Shown here: positions 48,818 through 58,835 of the stretch, piece after piece
Layout: every line of letters starts with the position of its first letter
Position numbering within the stretch: position 1 is the stretch's first letter
Made by a program: the position numbers and the translations under genes
The notes under the pieces: generated by a model
Seen by the model: only the letters and a program-made list of their open reading frames with translations
Database searches by the model: none
Told to the model about the DNA's origin: nothing
NCBI GenBank assembly: GCA_964527215.1
Contig: CAZGNZ010000012.1
Location: 1,025-65,024 of the forward strand
DNA: 64,000 bases
Source: an uncultured bacterium
Lineage (GTDB): Bacteria > Fidelibacterota > Marinisomatia > SCGC-AAA003-L08 > JACNLC01
Direction of reading: 5' to 3'

Positions 48818-49780
48818 TCAGCTGCTGCCCAAAATATGGAGCTGTACTTCAGGGTTTCCTTCCATGTCGTCTGCGATTCGCAGAATCATGAGAGGATGCA
48901 GTGATCCTCTGACATATGTCTTTCCGATTGTGATATAGGTATACCCGTCGTCGCGATCCATTTCTATGAATTGCAGATCAGGGAAACATTCCCGTACGGA
49001 AACTTCCACCTGCCGCAGGATGGGTTCTGCCAAATCGGTGCTGCTGGAACTGCCGAAAGAAGCCTCATAATCCGGAGAAATCTCCTGGGCATTGACAATA
49101 TGATTGTCCGAAGTGCAGGGGAGATGTACCGCAACCTCCTGGGAGTACATCAGCCAGGGTTTGCCGGGATTCTCATCCAAGGTGAAAATGTTTTCAAAGG
49201 AATTGATTCTCATATTGAACAGTTTTGTCAGAACGTCGCAGAATTCATCGCACGAGTACAAATATTTTCGGGTTTTGACGAAATCGTATTCATATTCCGG
49301 CCACTGAAAATCATCCTTAATCCATGTACCGGTGAGGTATGACCCGTCCGCCCGGGTTAAAGTGCCCCAGCCGGCCCTGGTATCATTTTCAAAACGCCCT
49401 TCCCAGTGCATCGTGTCTGCCCATGAGTAAACTGCATGACCATGCCGCTGGTCAAAATAATAATCACCTGCGTACAGACGTCCATCAGCGTTTTCGAGAC
49501 CGAATCCCTGAAAATTGTTTTCATAAAATTCGCCGGTGTATATTTTGCCGTTGGAATAAATATAGGTTCCTATTCCGTGCATCATATAGTTTTTAAACAT
49601 ACCGATATACCGGTTGCCGCCTTCCAGGGCATACACTCCGGCTCCATCCTGACAATCCCCGGCAATACATCCTGTGTTTTGAGCAAAGCCCATCCCGGTC
49701 AAAACGAACAGGGCTGCTGTGAGTGAACGGATGTGTGTATAATCCCAAAAACAGTGCATATAACCTCCTGGAATTACCAT
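48818..49780 (-). CDS. MORN-repeat secreted protein with unknown C-terminal domain
   Basis: Signal-like segment. Repeated Y.G.f.....G.G MORN units (YIGMFKNYMMHGIGTYIYSNGKIYTGEFYENNFQGFG...). Start uncertain. Confidence 0.6.
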   Translation of the reverse strand: MVIPGGYMHCFWDYTHIRSLTAALFVLTGMGFAQNTGCIAGDCQDGAGVYALEGGNRYIGMFKNYMMHGIGTYIYSNGKIYTGEFYENNFQGFGLENADGRLYAGDYYFDQRHGHAVYSWADTMHWEGRFENDTRAGWGTLTRADGSYLTGTWIKDDFQWPEYEYDFVKTRKYLYSCDEFCDVLTKLFNMRINSFENIFTLDENPGKPWLMYSQEVAVHLPCTSDNHIVNAQEISPDYEASFGSSSSTDLAEPILRQVEVSVRECFPDLQFIEMDRDDGYTYITIGKTYVRGSLHPLMILRIADDMEGNPEVQLHILGSS

Positions 49781-50116
49781 TGATGATGATTGTTCTGCTG
49801 GATAAAATGAAGTTTACTGAATACAGACTGCTTTCAAGTTAATTCAATATTTGTGTTGGAAAAAAGAGATTAAGTATCCTCTAAAGTCGGTCAGGGCAGA
49901 CGGTTTTGACTGCACAGTCGCTGCGGGCAAGTTCAGACTGCTGCTGGTCAAAGCGTTTCATTCTTTCAAATTTTAATATGCGGACATCGTCATCTCGCTA
50001 TAATTTTACATGTTGAATTATGCGGAATCCGTACAATGTGCCGTCTGAAAACTGAATTAATGGCTAAAATCTGAACTCAACCCGAATGATAAGCATAATC
50101 AAAAAATACTATCTGA

Positions 50117-51148
50117 ATGAATTTACTGAATAAGGATTACAGACTGCTGATTGTGGACAATGAGTCCACGGTTTTGGCAGATATTCGAAATCTGCTGTTC
50201 AAGGAATACGCTTTAACGTTTGCCAAAACTGCACATGAAGCCCTAAGCGTTGCAGATAAACTTCAACCGGACCTGGTGCTGATTGCAGTGGGTTTAAAAA
50301 ATCTGGATGGGTTTGAAGTCTGCAAAACCATAAAAAAACTGCGTCATCTCTCACGTGTCCCTGTCATTTTCATGACATCAATATCAGACCCGAGCGTGGA
50401 AAAGCGCGGATTTGAATGCGGCGGCAGTGATTTTATTCGAAAGCCGTTGTCTCCAGCTGTTCTGAAAGCCCGAATAAAAATCCACCTTTCTCTGTATCAT
50501 CAGCAAAAAACCGTAGAAAAGAAAGTCCAGGAGCGAACCGCAGAACTGATGGCCAGCTGTAAAGGGGCCATCTATATGCTTGGAGAGGTCGGCCATTTTA
50601 ATGACAGTGATCCGGGACTGCATATCTGGCGTATGGCAGCGTATTCAGTGGCGATAGCCCGTAAAGCCGGTTGGTCTGGCAGTCGGCTTGAGCTTCTGGC
50701 ATATTCTGCTCCCCTGCATGATCTGGGCAAGATTGGAATTCAGGATACCATTCTGAAAAAGCCCGGCAAACTGACGTCGGAAGAATGGATCACCATGCGG
50801 AACCACACCATGATCGGATATAAACTGCTGAGCAGCAATTCCTCTCCGCTGTTCCAGATGGCCGCCGAAATAGCATATACCCATCATGAGAAATGGGACG
50901 GAACCGGATACCCGCGCGGATTAAAAGGTGAAGAAATACCTGAATCAGCTCGTGTCGTCGCTATCGCCGATGTATTTGATATCCTGACCATGCAGCGGTC
51001 TTACAAAGCTCCCTGGCCGATCAAACGGGCAGTTCAGGAGATCAAGAAAAACAAGGAAATTCACTTTGATCCCGTCCTGGTGGATCATTTTATTGAAATA
51101 TATCCCGAAATCATTCATATAAAAGAAATCTGGGACAGCCGGGAATAG
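50117..51148 (+). CDS. response regulator with HD-GYP domain (putative c-di-GMP phosphodiesterase)
   Basis: REC domain (LLIVDNE...DLVLIAVGL...). HD (LHDLGKIG) and HHEKWDGTGYP motifs. Confidence 0.88.
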   Translation: MNLLNKDYRLLIVDNESTVLADIRNLLFKEYALTFAKTAHEALSVADKLQPDLVLIAVGLKNLDGFEVCKTIKKLRHLSRVPVIFMTSISDPSVEKRGFECGGSDFIRKPLSPAVLKARIKIHLSLYHQQKTVEKKVQERTAELMASCKGAIYMLGEVGHFNDSDPGLHIWRMAAYSVAIARKAGWSGSRLELLAYSAPLHDLGKIGIQDTILKKPGKLTSEEWITMRNHTMIGYKLLSSNSSPLFQMAAEIAYTHHEKWDGTGYPRGLKGEEIPESARVVAIADVFDILTMQRSYKAPWPIKRAVQEIKKNKEIHFDPVLVDHFIEIYPEIIHIKEIWDSRE

Positions 51149-51261
51149 GCAGGCATTTTCAACCGGCAGTCCTGACAAAATCAGGTTCCCGGCCCTGTCT
51201 TGAAATGGGTTCCTTCAGCGATATATCGATACTGATTATCACATCAATTGGGAGGTCCCTT

Positions 51262-52635
51262 ATGCGAAATATTGTTCCAACAGCCGGAATCCTCTGTCTG
51301 CTTTTTGTGCTTCAGGCCGGCATTGAATCTGATGAAGGTTCAGCTGTTCCCTCACAGCAAATCCTTGAGGCTCAGCTGGATTCACTGAAAGATGCCAGAA
51401 ATTTAACAGCTATCCGGACCAAACTTGACGAGTTGCTTTTGTATTATCCGGAACATCTGGATGCGCTGAGTCTGCGGATTTATATCAACTCCCATTACAG
51501 AGAAAATTTTCAGCAGGTTCTGACGGATTTGGAGACCAGCTCCGGTATTCGGGAAACCCCTGAAAGCTGGTGGACTGAAATTGGGTATTTGTACATCGAC
51601 AGCGGAGACCCGGATCATGCACGACAGCTGGCGGACAAAGGACTTGAGCTGTTTCCGGACAACAGTGAGCTGCTTGTGATTCGGGGAGAAGCCAACGGGA
51701 ATCTGGGGGATTTCGGCAGTGCTATCGATGATTACAAAAAAAGCCTGGAAATCCGGCCGGGATATGAATACGGAATGGTGAATCTGGCGGAAGCCTATTT
51801 TGAGAATGGCGACACTGCGGAAGGATTGGCGATGGTGGACGAGACTCTGGCCAGTCACCCAACTTCCCATCTGGTCATGCATGTGCGCGGCAATTATTTC
51901 CAAAGCATTGATGAATTTGACAAAGCGCTTTTGGATCTGGAACAGGCCGCAGCATGGGCGGATCCCGCCACACAGGCGTATTATTTCGGGGTGATGTCAT
52001 TTGTCTATCAGGATATGAATGACTCGGACAGAGCCTGTGAATCTGCCGTGAAAGCGCTCAAGGGCGGGGATTCATTTGCCTATTCCATGATTGACGGGTG
52101 CAATATCACTCTTGAAGAATTCAGTCTTTCCGGTGGTGACAGACTGATATATCGGACAACCATCCCCGGGGCGGATCAGTTAACGGTCAGTCTTACGAAT
52201 CTCACGGAGGAAATGGTGAAGTTCGACTGGAACCTGAACAGCAATGAAGGTACCGCCGGCTCCGTTACCGTCACGGAAGATGCTTTTCACACTTCATTCG
52301 CGCTGCACAATTCATTTTCCGACGGCAGTGATTTGCTGCTGGAAGACAGAACATCCATCTGGCTGAGTCATGAAGCCTGGCGAAGTCTGCGTCCAAACAA
52401 TGTCTTCACCATGGATACCGGCAGTGGAGAAAAAACCGTAATGGTGACCGGTGAAGAACTGTTCGCATTTACGTTAAACGGAGAAAATGCTGTTGTTTCT
52501 GCTGTTGTGCTGGAATCTGTCAGCGATGAAACACCGGAAAAATTCTGGATATTGGATGAGCCGTACAATACCATTATCCTGAAAATGGATTCAGACTGGG
52601 ATATGGAACTTCTGGAAGCGGTTACTGAAGAGTAG
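51262..52635 (+). CDS. secreted TPR-repeat protein with unknown C-terminal domain
   Basis: GGGAGG lies 6 nt before ATG 51262. Signal peptide. TPR-like helices in the N-terminal half. Confidence 0.6.
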   Translation: MRNIVPTAGILCLLFVLQAGIESDEGSAVPSQQILEAQLDSLKDARNLTAIRTKLDELLLYYPEHLDALSLRIYINSHYRENFQQVLTDLETSSGIRETPESWWTEIGYLYIDSGDPDHARQLADKGLELFPDNSELLVIRGEANGNLGDFGSAIDDYKKSLEIRPGYEYGMVNLAEAYFENGDTAEGLAMVDETLASHPTSHLVMHVRGNYFQSIDEFDKALLDLEQAAAWADPATQAYYFGVMSFVYQDMNDSDRACESAVKALKGGDSFAYSMIDGCNITLEEFSLSGGDRLIYRTTIPGADQLTVSLTNLTEEMVKFDWNLNSNEGTAGSVTVTEDAFHTSFALHNSFSDGSDLLLEDRTSIWLSHEAWRSLRPNNVFTMDTGSGEKTVMVTGEELFAFTLNGENAVVSAVVLESVSDETPEKFWILDEPYNTIILKMDSDWDMELLEAVTEE

Positions 52636-52686
52636 GAAAACACTCCCTGTCTGCATGGACGACAGGGATGATATCAGGAAAAGGGT

Positions 52687-53361
52687 ATGACAAAATATAA
52701 TCCCGTGGAAATTCACGACCAGACTGCCGCCGGGTACGATGAGCAGGTCAAGGAATACCACAGTTACGGACACGAGATTCTTTTTGGTCTGTGTTTCGAA
52801 TTCTGCAAAACGGATGGGCAGGTGCTTGATCTCGGTATTGGGACCGGACTCAGTTCGAAGTATTATCCAAAACTGGGAATGAACGTGACCGGTGTGGATG
52901 CCTCTGAAAGTATGCTGAAGGAATGCCGGAAAAAGGGGTTTGCGCACAGGCTGATTGTTCATGACATCGGAAACAGTCCGCTTCCTCTGGAAGACTCAGT
53001 ATTCGACATGGTGATTGCCTGCGGTCTGTTTCATTTCTATAAAGATCTCCGCAGTGTATTTCAGGATGTGTCCCGGGTACTGGTTCCGAATGGGATATTT
53101 GGATTTACGCTGTCAACCCCGAGTTCGCTGGAAGTCGCTCCGAATGGGAATCCCGGATTCTGGGAAGTTCCCACCGTTTGGGGGGTTCCCATTACGAAGC
53201 ACTCCGATGAGTATGCTTCAGATCTGTCAAAAGACTGTGGATTCGAGATGCTGAAAAAACAGAAGGTTCTCATTGACGGCGGACCGGGGAGCCGGTCGGA
53301 TCTGCTGTTTACTGTTTATGTATGCCGCTGTACAGGGAAAATCAGCAAAGCAAATGAATGA
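52687..53361 (+). CDS. class I SAM-dependent methyltransferase
   Basis: Motif I VLDLGIGTGLSS and post-I/II pattern. Confidence 0.8.
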   Translation: MTKYNPVEIHDQTAAGYDEQVKEYHSYGHEILFGLCFEFCKTDGQVLDLGIGTGLSSKYYPKLGMNVTGVDASESMLKECRKKGFAHRLIVHDIGNSPLPLEDSVFDMVIACGLFHFYKDLRSVFQDVSRVLVPNGIFGFTLSTPSSLEVAPNGNPGFWEVPTVWGVPITKHSDEYASDLSKDCGFEMLKKQKVLIDGGPGSRSDLLFTVYVCRCTGKISKANE

Positions 53362-54446
53362 TAGAAAATATGACGAAATATACATTAAACGAACTTGGAT
53401 TTGGGACCCATCAGGAAAAATTCCGCCAGGAAAATGAACTGGGCGAAATGCCGCCGGGCAGGGTGACTGCCGTTCATCGGGAACGATATTCCGTTTGGAC
53501 TGAAGAGACCGAGCTGGAAGCAGAACTCATTGGACACTTGAGATTTGCATCCGAATCACCATCGGATCTGCCTGCTGTTGGAGACTGGGTGGTGGTGGAT
53601 GTATTTGACGGTCACCGGGGACTGATTCACGGTGTATATCCTCGAAAGAACTCACTGGAAAGGCAGGCTGTTGGTAAATTCGGCGAAACCCAGATTATTG
53701 CCGCAAACATTGACACCGCCCTGATAGTACTTGCCGCTGACAGGGATTTCAGCATCAACCGGATCGAAAGATATCTTGCGGTGTGCCATTCCGCTGAGAT
53801 ATTTCCAGTCATTCTGCTGAGCAAAACGGATTTGCTTGATCATGATGAAACCATGCAGCTGACTGATATGATCGGTAGCAGAATACCGGGCATTCCATGC
53901 ATCCCAATGAGCAATGAAACCTGCCTGGGCCTCGACCGCATCAGGGAATATCTGGCTCCCGGAAAGACCTGCTGTCTTCTGGGATCATCGGGTGTGGGCA
54001 AATCCACACTTCTGAACCGTCTTGCCGGCAGGCCGGTGATGGAAACCGCATCCATCAGTGTCAGCTCGGACCGGGGACGGCATAAGACCACCCGCAGGGA
54101 GCTGATCATGCTTTCGGAAGGCGGGATGATTATCGATAATCCCGGTATGCGCGAAGTGGGACTGGCCGATGCGGAAAAGGGTCTGAGTGTCACATTTGAT
54201 CCTGTGATGCAGCTGGCGGAAAACTGCCGTTTTTCAGACTGCACCCATCAGAATGAAGCTGGCTGCGCAGTGCTGGCGGCGGTTGAAAGCGGCGAACTGG
54301 ATTCTGCCCTGTATGCACATTATGTAAAGCTGAGAAAAGAACAGGCGCACTTTGAATCCACCGTCTCAGAACGGCGCCGAAAAGACCGTCAGTTCGGTAA
54401 AATGGTAAAACAGATCAAGAAAGAAAAAATATTCAAGCGGATGTGA
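53358..54446 (+). CDS. rsgA: ribosome small-subunit-dependent GTPase A
   Basis: Circularly permuted GTPase: LLSKTDL (G4), then GSSGVGKSTLLNRL (G1). Zn-finger CRFSDCTHQNEAGCAV. Confidence 0.9.
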   Translation: MIENMTKYTLNELGFGTHQEKFRQENELGEMPPGRVTAVHRERYSVWTEETELEAELIGHLRFASESPSDLPAVGDWVVVDVFDGHRGLIHGVYPRKNSLERQAVGKFGETQIIAANIDTALIVLAADRDFSINRIERYLAVCHSAEIFPVILLSKTDLLDHDETMQLTDMIGSRIPGIPCIPMSNETCLGLDRIREYLAPGKTCCLLGSSGVGKSTLLNRLAGRPVMETASISVSSDRGRHKTTRRELIMLSEGGMIIDNPGMREVGLADAEKGLSVTFDPVMQLAENCRFSDCTHQNEAGCAVLAAVESGELDSALYAHYVKLRKEQAHFESTVSERRRKDRQFGKMVKQIKKEKIFKRM

Positions 54447-55339
54447 GGAAGTTGCCGGACACTTCGAAATACCCCTTGTCAGTAATCCTGGATACCGCCA
54501 GGAATGATTCGCGTATTCGAGCCGTCCTTCTGAACGGATCCCGTGCCAATCCAAACTGTCCTGCAGACCCGTTTCAGGATTTCGATATTGTGTATTTTGT
54601 CCGCGAACCTGCTTTTTTTAAGAATAACCTGAACTGGATCAATCGCTTTGGTGAACTGATGATCCTGCAGATGCCGGAACCCGGATTCAATACCCCGGAA
54701 CTGGATATGAACTCCTTTGTCTATCTCATGCAGTTCAAAAACGGCTTTCGCATCGATTTGACGGTCATTCCCGTACATCACCTGGATTTGGTTCGCTGGG
54801 ACAGCCTCAGCGTGGTTCTGCTGGACAAAGACAGACTGCTGCCGGCATTACAGCCGCCGAATGAATCTGACTATTATCCGAATCCTCCGACTGCCGAACA
54901 GTATTTTCACTGCTGCAATGAATTCTGGTGGCTCTGTCCAAGTATCGCCAAAGGACTTTGGCGCAGTGAAATTCTGTATGTAAAACATTTTCTGGATCAT
55001 TTTCTCAGGAAACAGCTGGAAAAAATGCTGATCTGGAAAGTGGGAATTCAAACGGAGTTTGAGGTGAATCCGGGAAAATGCGGGAAATATCTGGACAAAT
55101 ATCTGACTGCTGACGAATGGAATCTGCTTCTGGAAACATGGTCATCCGCGGTCGTACCGGCGGTGTGGGATGCGCTGTTTGCTCAAATCTCGCTGTTTCG
55201 ATCCAGTGCATTGTCAGTGGCGGATGAATTCGGATACTCGTACCCTGACGCTGAGGACCGGCGTGTTACGGCTCATTTAAGGCATGTTCGCGGTTTGCCG
55301 TCCGATGCAGGCAGAATATATCCAAACGAGGGCAGATAG
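54443..55339 (+). CDS. aminoglycoside 6-adenylyltransferase family protein (AadK/ANT(6)-like)
   Basis: RIRAVLLNGSRANPNCPADPFQDFDIVYFV and CCNEFWWLCPSIAKGLWRSEILY closely follow the pattern of B. subtilis AadK as I recall it. A GTG start overlaps the rsgA stop. Confidence 0.8.
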   Translation: MRKLPDTSKYPLSVILDTARNDSRIRAVLLNGSRANPNCPADPFQDFDIVYFVREPAFFKNNLNWINRFGELMILQMPEPGFNTPELDMNSFVYLMQFKNGFRIDLTVIPVHHLDLVRWDSLSVVLLDKDRLLPALQPPNESDYYPNPPTAEQYFHCCNEFWWLCPSIAKGLWRSEILYVKHFLDHFLRKQLEKMLIWKVGIQTEFEVNPGKCGKYLDKYLTADEWNLLLETWSSAVVPAVWDALFAQISLFRSSALSVADEFGYSYPDAEDRRVTAHLRHVRGLPSDAGRIYPNEGR

Positions 55340-55620
55340 CGGCTGGTTCAAAAGATCCGGGAAATATGCGGGAGACCGTACCGGCCAGCGTCCGTCCGGG
55401 TGCTGATCTGGTTTCAGCAGAGCCGTTTTTGCGGCAGTTTCAGCAGTATCATACGAATGCCGAAAGATATTCTGCAGGCAGGATGCGGGTGATAAAATTT
55501 TTACAAAACCCCTTCCACGGCAGAGTCTGTGGATTCAGGGGAATCAGCGAGAAGGTCATATTCAGAGGTCTGGCTGTGGAACGGCAGACGGACTGCTGAA
55601 TCACGTAATTCTGAGAAATA

Positions 55621-56571
55621 ATGATAGATTCTGATATTATGCAGTGGCTGCTTGAGAGTGATCCGGCGATCCAGTACCAGACGCGCCGGGATCTCCTGGA
55701 GGATGATAACCCGAAGATTCGAAAGCGGATTGAAAAACTGGGATGGGGCAGTCAGATTCTCTCAAAGCGGCGAGCCGACGGCCACTGGGGAAATGGTTTT
55801 TCCCAGCCAAAGTGGATTTCGTCCCATTATACGCTGCTGGATTTGAAAAACCTCAGTATCAATCCGGAGCTGGCGGCTGCCAGGGAATGCATTCGCATGA
55901 TCCTGGAGACGGAAAAGGGAAGGGACGGCGGTCTCAATCCCAGCCGCGATCTTCGATTCAGCGATGTCTGCATCAATGGGATGTTTCTGAACTACGCGTC
56001 TTATTTCGGAGCGGATCAGAACGAACTGAAAAGTATTATTGACTTCATTCTTTCCCAGAAAATGAATGACGGCGGCTTTAACTGCGAAGTGAAAGAAACC
56101 GGCGCCCGTCACAGCTCAATGCACTCTACCATTTCTGTGCTGGAAGGTATTCTGGAATACAAGCGGATGTGGTATTCATACCGATTGTCCGAACTGGAAG
56201 AAGCGGCCTTTGATGGTCATGAATTTCTGCTTCGGCACCAGCTGTTTTTATCTGATCAGCCAGATGATCCCATCAGGAAAGAGTTCATGAACTTTGCGTA
56301 TCCGTGCCGCTGGAAGTATGATATTCTCAGGGCTCTGGACTATTTTCAGGATGCAGGGCAGCTATGGGATGTTCGATTGAGACCGGCATTGGACGCGCTG
56401 CTGACGAAACGAAACAGGGACGGGACTTGGAATACCCCGGCACCGTATCCGGGTCTGGTTCATTTTGAGATGGAATATGCAGACATGCCGGGACGCTGGA
56501 ATACCCTCAGGGCATTGAGGGTGCAGAAATATTTCAGCGAAAAAAAATCATCTGAACGAAAACGGATTTGA
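55621..56571 (+). CDS. alpha/alpha-toroid (prenyltransferase / squalene-cyclase-like repeat) protein, paralog of 1-987
   Basis: RRADGHWGNG, EKGRDGGLNP, QKMNDGGFN and KRNRDGTWN repeats. Collinear with the first ORF of the window. Confidence 0.6.
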   Translation: MIDSDIMQWLLESDPAIQYQTRRDLLEDDNPKIRKRIEKLGWGSQILSKRRADGHWGNGFSQPKWISSHYTLLDLKNLSINPELAAARECIRMILETEKGRDGGLNPSRDLRFSDVCINGMFLNYASYFGADQNELKSIIDFILSQKMNDGGFNCEVKETGARHSSMHSTISVLEGILEYKRMWYSYRLSELEEAAFDGHEFLLRHQLFLSDQPDDPIRKEFMNFAYPCRWKYDILRALDYFQDAGQLWDVRLRPALDALLTKRNRDGTWNTPAPYPGLVHFEMEYADMPGRWNTLRALRVQKYFSEKKSSERKRI

Positions 56572-56674
56572 AAACTGCGCATTGAAGATGTCCGCAAAAT
56601 CATCAGCTGATGGCCAAACCTCACACAGGAATGGGAACGACCATTTTGAAAGACAGCGTTTCGAAATTCAGTAA

Positions 56675-56981
56675 TCTTGCCCTGACACCGTCCATGGACT
56701 GAAACCGCTGGAAAACGATGACTGTGCGGTCTGTATCCTGAACCGGAATAACCGGGAACAAACCTTGGAAATATACTGGCCGCGCTATGTAGATACTGAC
56801 GGATTATCCAACCGGGAGTTTAATCCGGGTAGGCGGGAGTATCATATACCATCCGCTTTGAAATTCCCCTTTCCCCGGCAGCACAATCCACCCTGTTAAA
56901 CTGAACCTCACAGGTCATGAGGCGGTACTACTGAGGCTGATCCGGATGGTCAAGCAGTCACTGCAGCAAGGCGCAGACTGA
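56675..56981 (+). pseudogene. frameshifted C-terminal relic of a glycoside hydrolase (GH27 alpha-galactosidase-like beta-sandwich)
   Basis: There is no start codon. The frame-2 fragment ...VHGLKPLENDDCAVCILNRNNREQTLEIYW... stops at 56897. The +1 frame continues ...IHPVKLNLTGHEAVLLRLI... to a stop at 56979. This resembles the typical end of GH27-type enzymes. No catalytic domain lies upstream. Confidence 0.4.
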
Positions 56982-57291
56982 TTGAGAAAATATCAAGTGA
57001 TTCCTATGCGTGTATTATACTAAATTACCGTGGTGCCGTAAAGTGATTCCCTGAGCATGGCAGACAGATCCCAACCCATATAATTCTCCGAACTTTACAT
57101 CTTGAAATTTCAACCGGTCCTCAATACCGGCCCGGTGATTCACATCATGAGACTATTCTGGTGCTTTCCTTTACAAAAACAGATTGATCAATGATCAAAT
57201 TATTCACGGTTTGGCGGACTCATCCGGTTTTCAGTTTCACTGACTCAATTCGCCGACGGTGCCGATATTATAAATTTCCTTTAACCAAAGT

Positions 57292-58698
57292 ATGCAGAGG
57301 GTGCACATGATGAAATGCTTAACACCAATAGTGCTGATTCTCGGAATCTTGATTGCCGGAGATTTGCCCATGAACAACATGGAATACTCCAGGCTGACCA
57401 CCCGGGATCAGTTTGTCGTCATCGGCTGGAATGATTTAGGGATGCACTGCGCAAATCAGAATTTTGCCAATCTGGCGGTTCTGCCACCGTACAATACGGT
57501 CCGGGCACAGGTGGTTCTCAAACCCGAGTCGGGATTTCCTCAAATCATTACAGAGGATATTCGACTTAATTATTCCATCCCGGGAAATACATTTTCTGTG
57601 GGAAAAACCAATTTCTGGGAATATGCACAGGATCTGTTCGGACTGCCTGAACCGCTGCCGGATGATATCGGATTAACCGGTCTTGGCTTATCCGGAGAAA
57701 TGAGTGTGCACGATGGGTATTTTGAAGCTTCTGGAATCCCGGTCACACCGTTTACGGATGATGATCTTGTGAATGAAGCTCCCTATCAGCTGATCCATCT
57801 TGTAGCGGAAAGAATCAGCACTGGTGAAATATTGGCGGAGACGGATGTCACCATTCCCGTCAGCAATGAAATCGGATGCGTACAAGGAGGCTGCCATTCA
57901 TCAGAAACAGGTATTCTGTGGTCCCATGAAAATGAAGACGGTTATAATCCGGCTGATACACCCATTCTGTGTGCTGAATGCCATGCATCCAATGCTCTTG
58001 GAACCACGGGAGATCCGGAAGCGCGTTTCCTGTCCTATCGGATTCACGAGGAGCACAAGGAAGATGCCGGTCCGCTGTACAGCATCCAGACCTGCTATAA
58101 ATGTCATCCGGGACCGGATACCCAATGTTTCCGTGGCGTAATGGCTGATGGAATCGACAATCCTATGATCTGTCAGGACTGTCATGGAACCATGTACACA
58201 ATTTATCAATCCATCAATGCCGGTCGTGAACCCTGGCTGGACGAACCGGCATGCGGCGCTGCGGAGTGTCATGGTGCAGAGTACGCTGAGCAGCCCAACA
58301 CTTTGTTCAGAGAAAGTACCGGCCATGGAGGACTGTACTGCTCCGCATGTCACGGCAGTCCTCATGCGATTTACCCTTCGAGGGAAGACAATGACAATGT
58401 TCAAAATGTTTCACTGCAGGGACATGCAGGAACTTTGGGCACATGCACTGTCTGTCACACATCCATCCCCGGCGCACCGGGTCCGCATGGGTATATTCCG
58501 GATCCCATGAGCTTTCCAGGTGATGTCAATACGGACGGCAGTCTGGATGTCACGGATATTGTGCTGATGGTCGGGTTTATTTTAGGTACCCAGAATCCCA
58601 GTCCGGAGATATTCAGCATTGCGGATGTGAATCAGGACGGCAGTCTGGATGTACTGGATATTATTCAGGTGGTTCAGATGATCATCGGGGATCAATAA
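57292..58698 (+). CDS. secreted multiheme c-type cytochrome with C-terminal dockerin-like module
   Basis: Signal peptide. Five CxxCH motifs (CAECH, CYKCH, CQDCH, CSACH, CTVCH) plus two Cx4CH motifs (CVQGGCH, CGAAECH). C-terminal GDVNTDGSLDVTDIVLMV...ADVNQDGSLDVLDIIQVV. Confidence 0.8.
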   Translation: MQRVHMMKCLTPIVLILGILIAGDLPMNNMEYSRLTTRDQFVVIGWNDLGMHCANQNFANLAVLPPYNTVRAQVVLKPESGFPQIITEDIRLNYSIPGNTFSVGKTNFWEYAQDLFGLPEPLPDDIGLTGLGLSGEMSVHDGYFEASGIPVTPFTDDDLVNEAPYQLIHLVAERISTGEILAETDVTIPVSNEIGCVQGGCHSSETGILWSHENEDGYNPADTPILCAECHASNALGTTGDPEARFLSYRIHEEHKEDAGPLYSIQTCYKCHPGPDTQCFRGVMADGIDNPMICQDCHGTMYTIYQSINAGREPWLDEPACGAAECHGAEYAEQPNTLFRESTGHGGLYCSACHGSPHAIYPSREDNDNVQNVSLQGHAGTLGTCTVCHTSIPGAPGPHGYIPDPMSFPGDVNTDGSLDVTDIVLMVGFILGTQNPSPEIFSIADVNQDGSLDVLDIIQVVQMIIGDQ

Positions 58699-58835
58699 TC
58701 GTTATAGTCCGGATATTTCATGAGACTTCGTGATGAGATGATGAAAATGTAATGATGCGGAAAAAGCAAAAATTCAACACATTTAAGTGCTGACAATCAA
58801 TGAAGCTTTTTCCGTTAAAGCACCCATGGGTTCTC

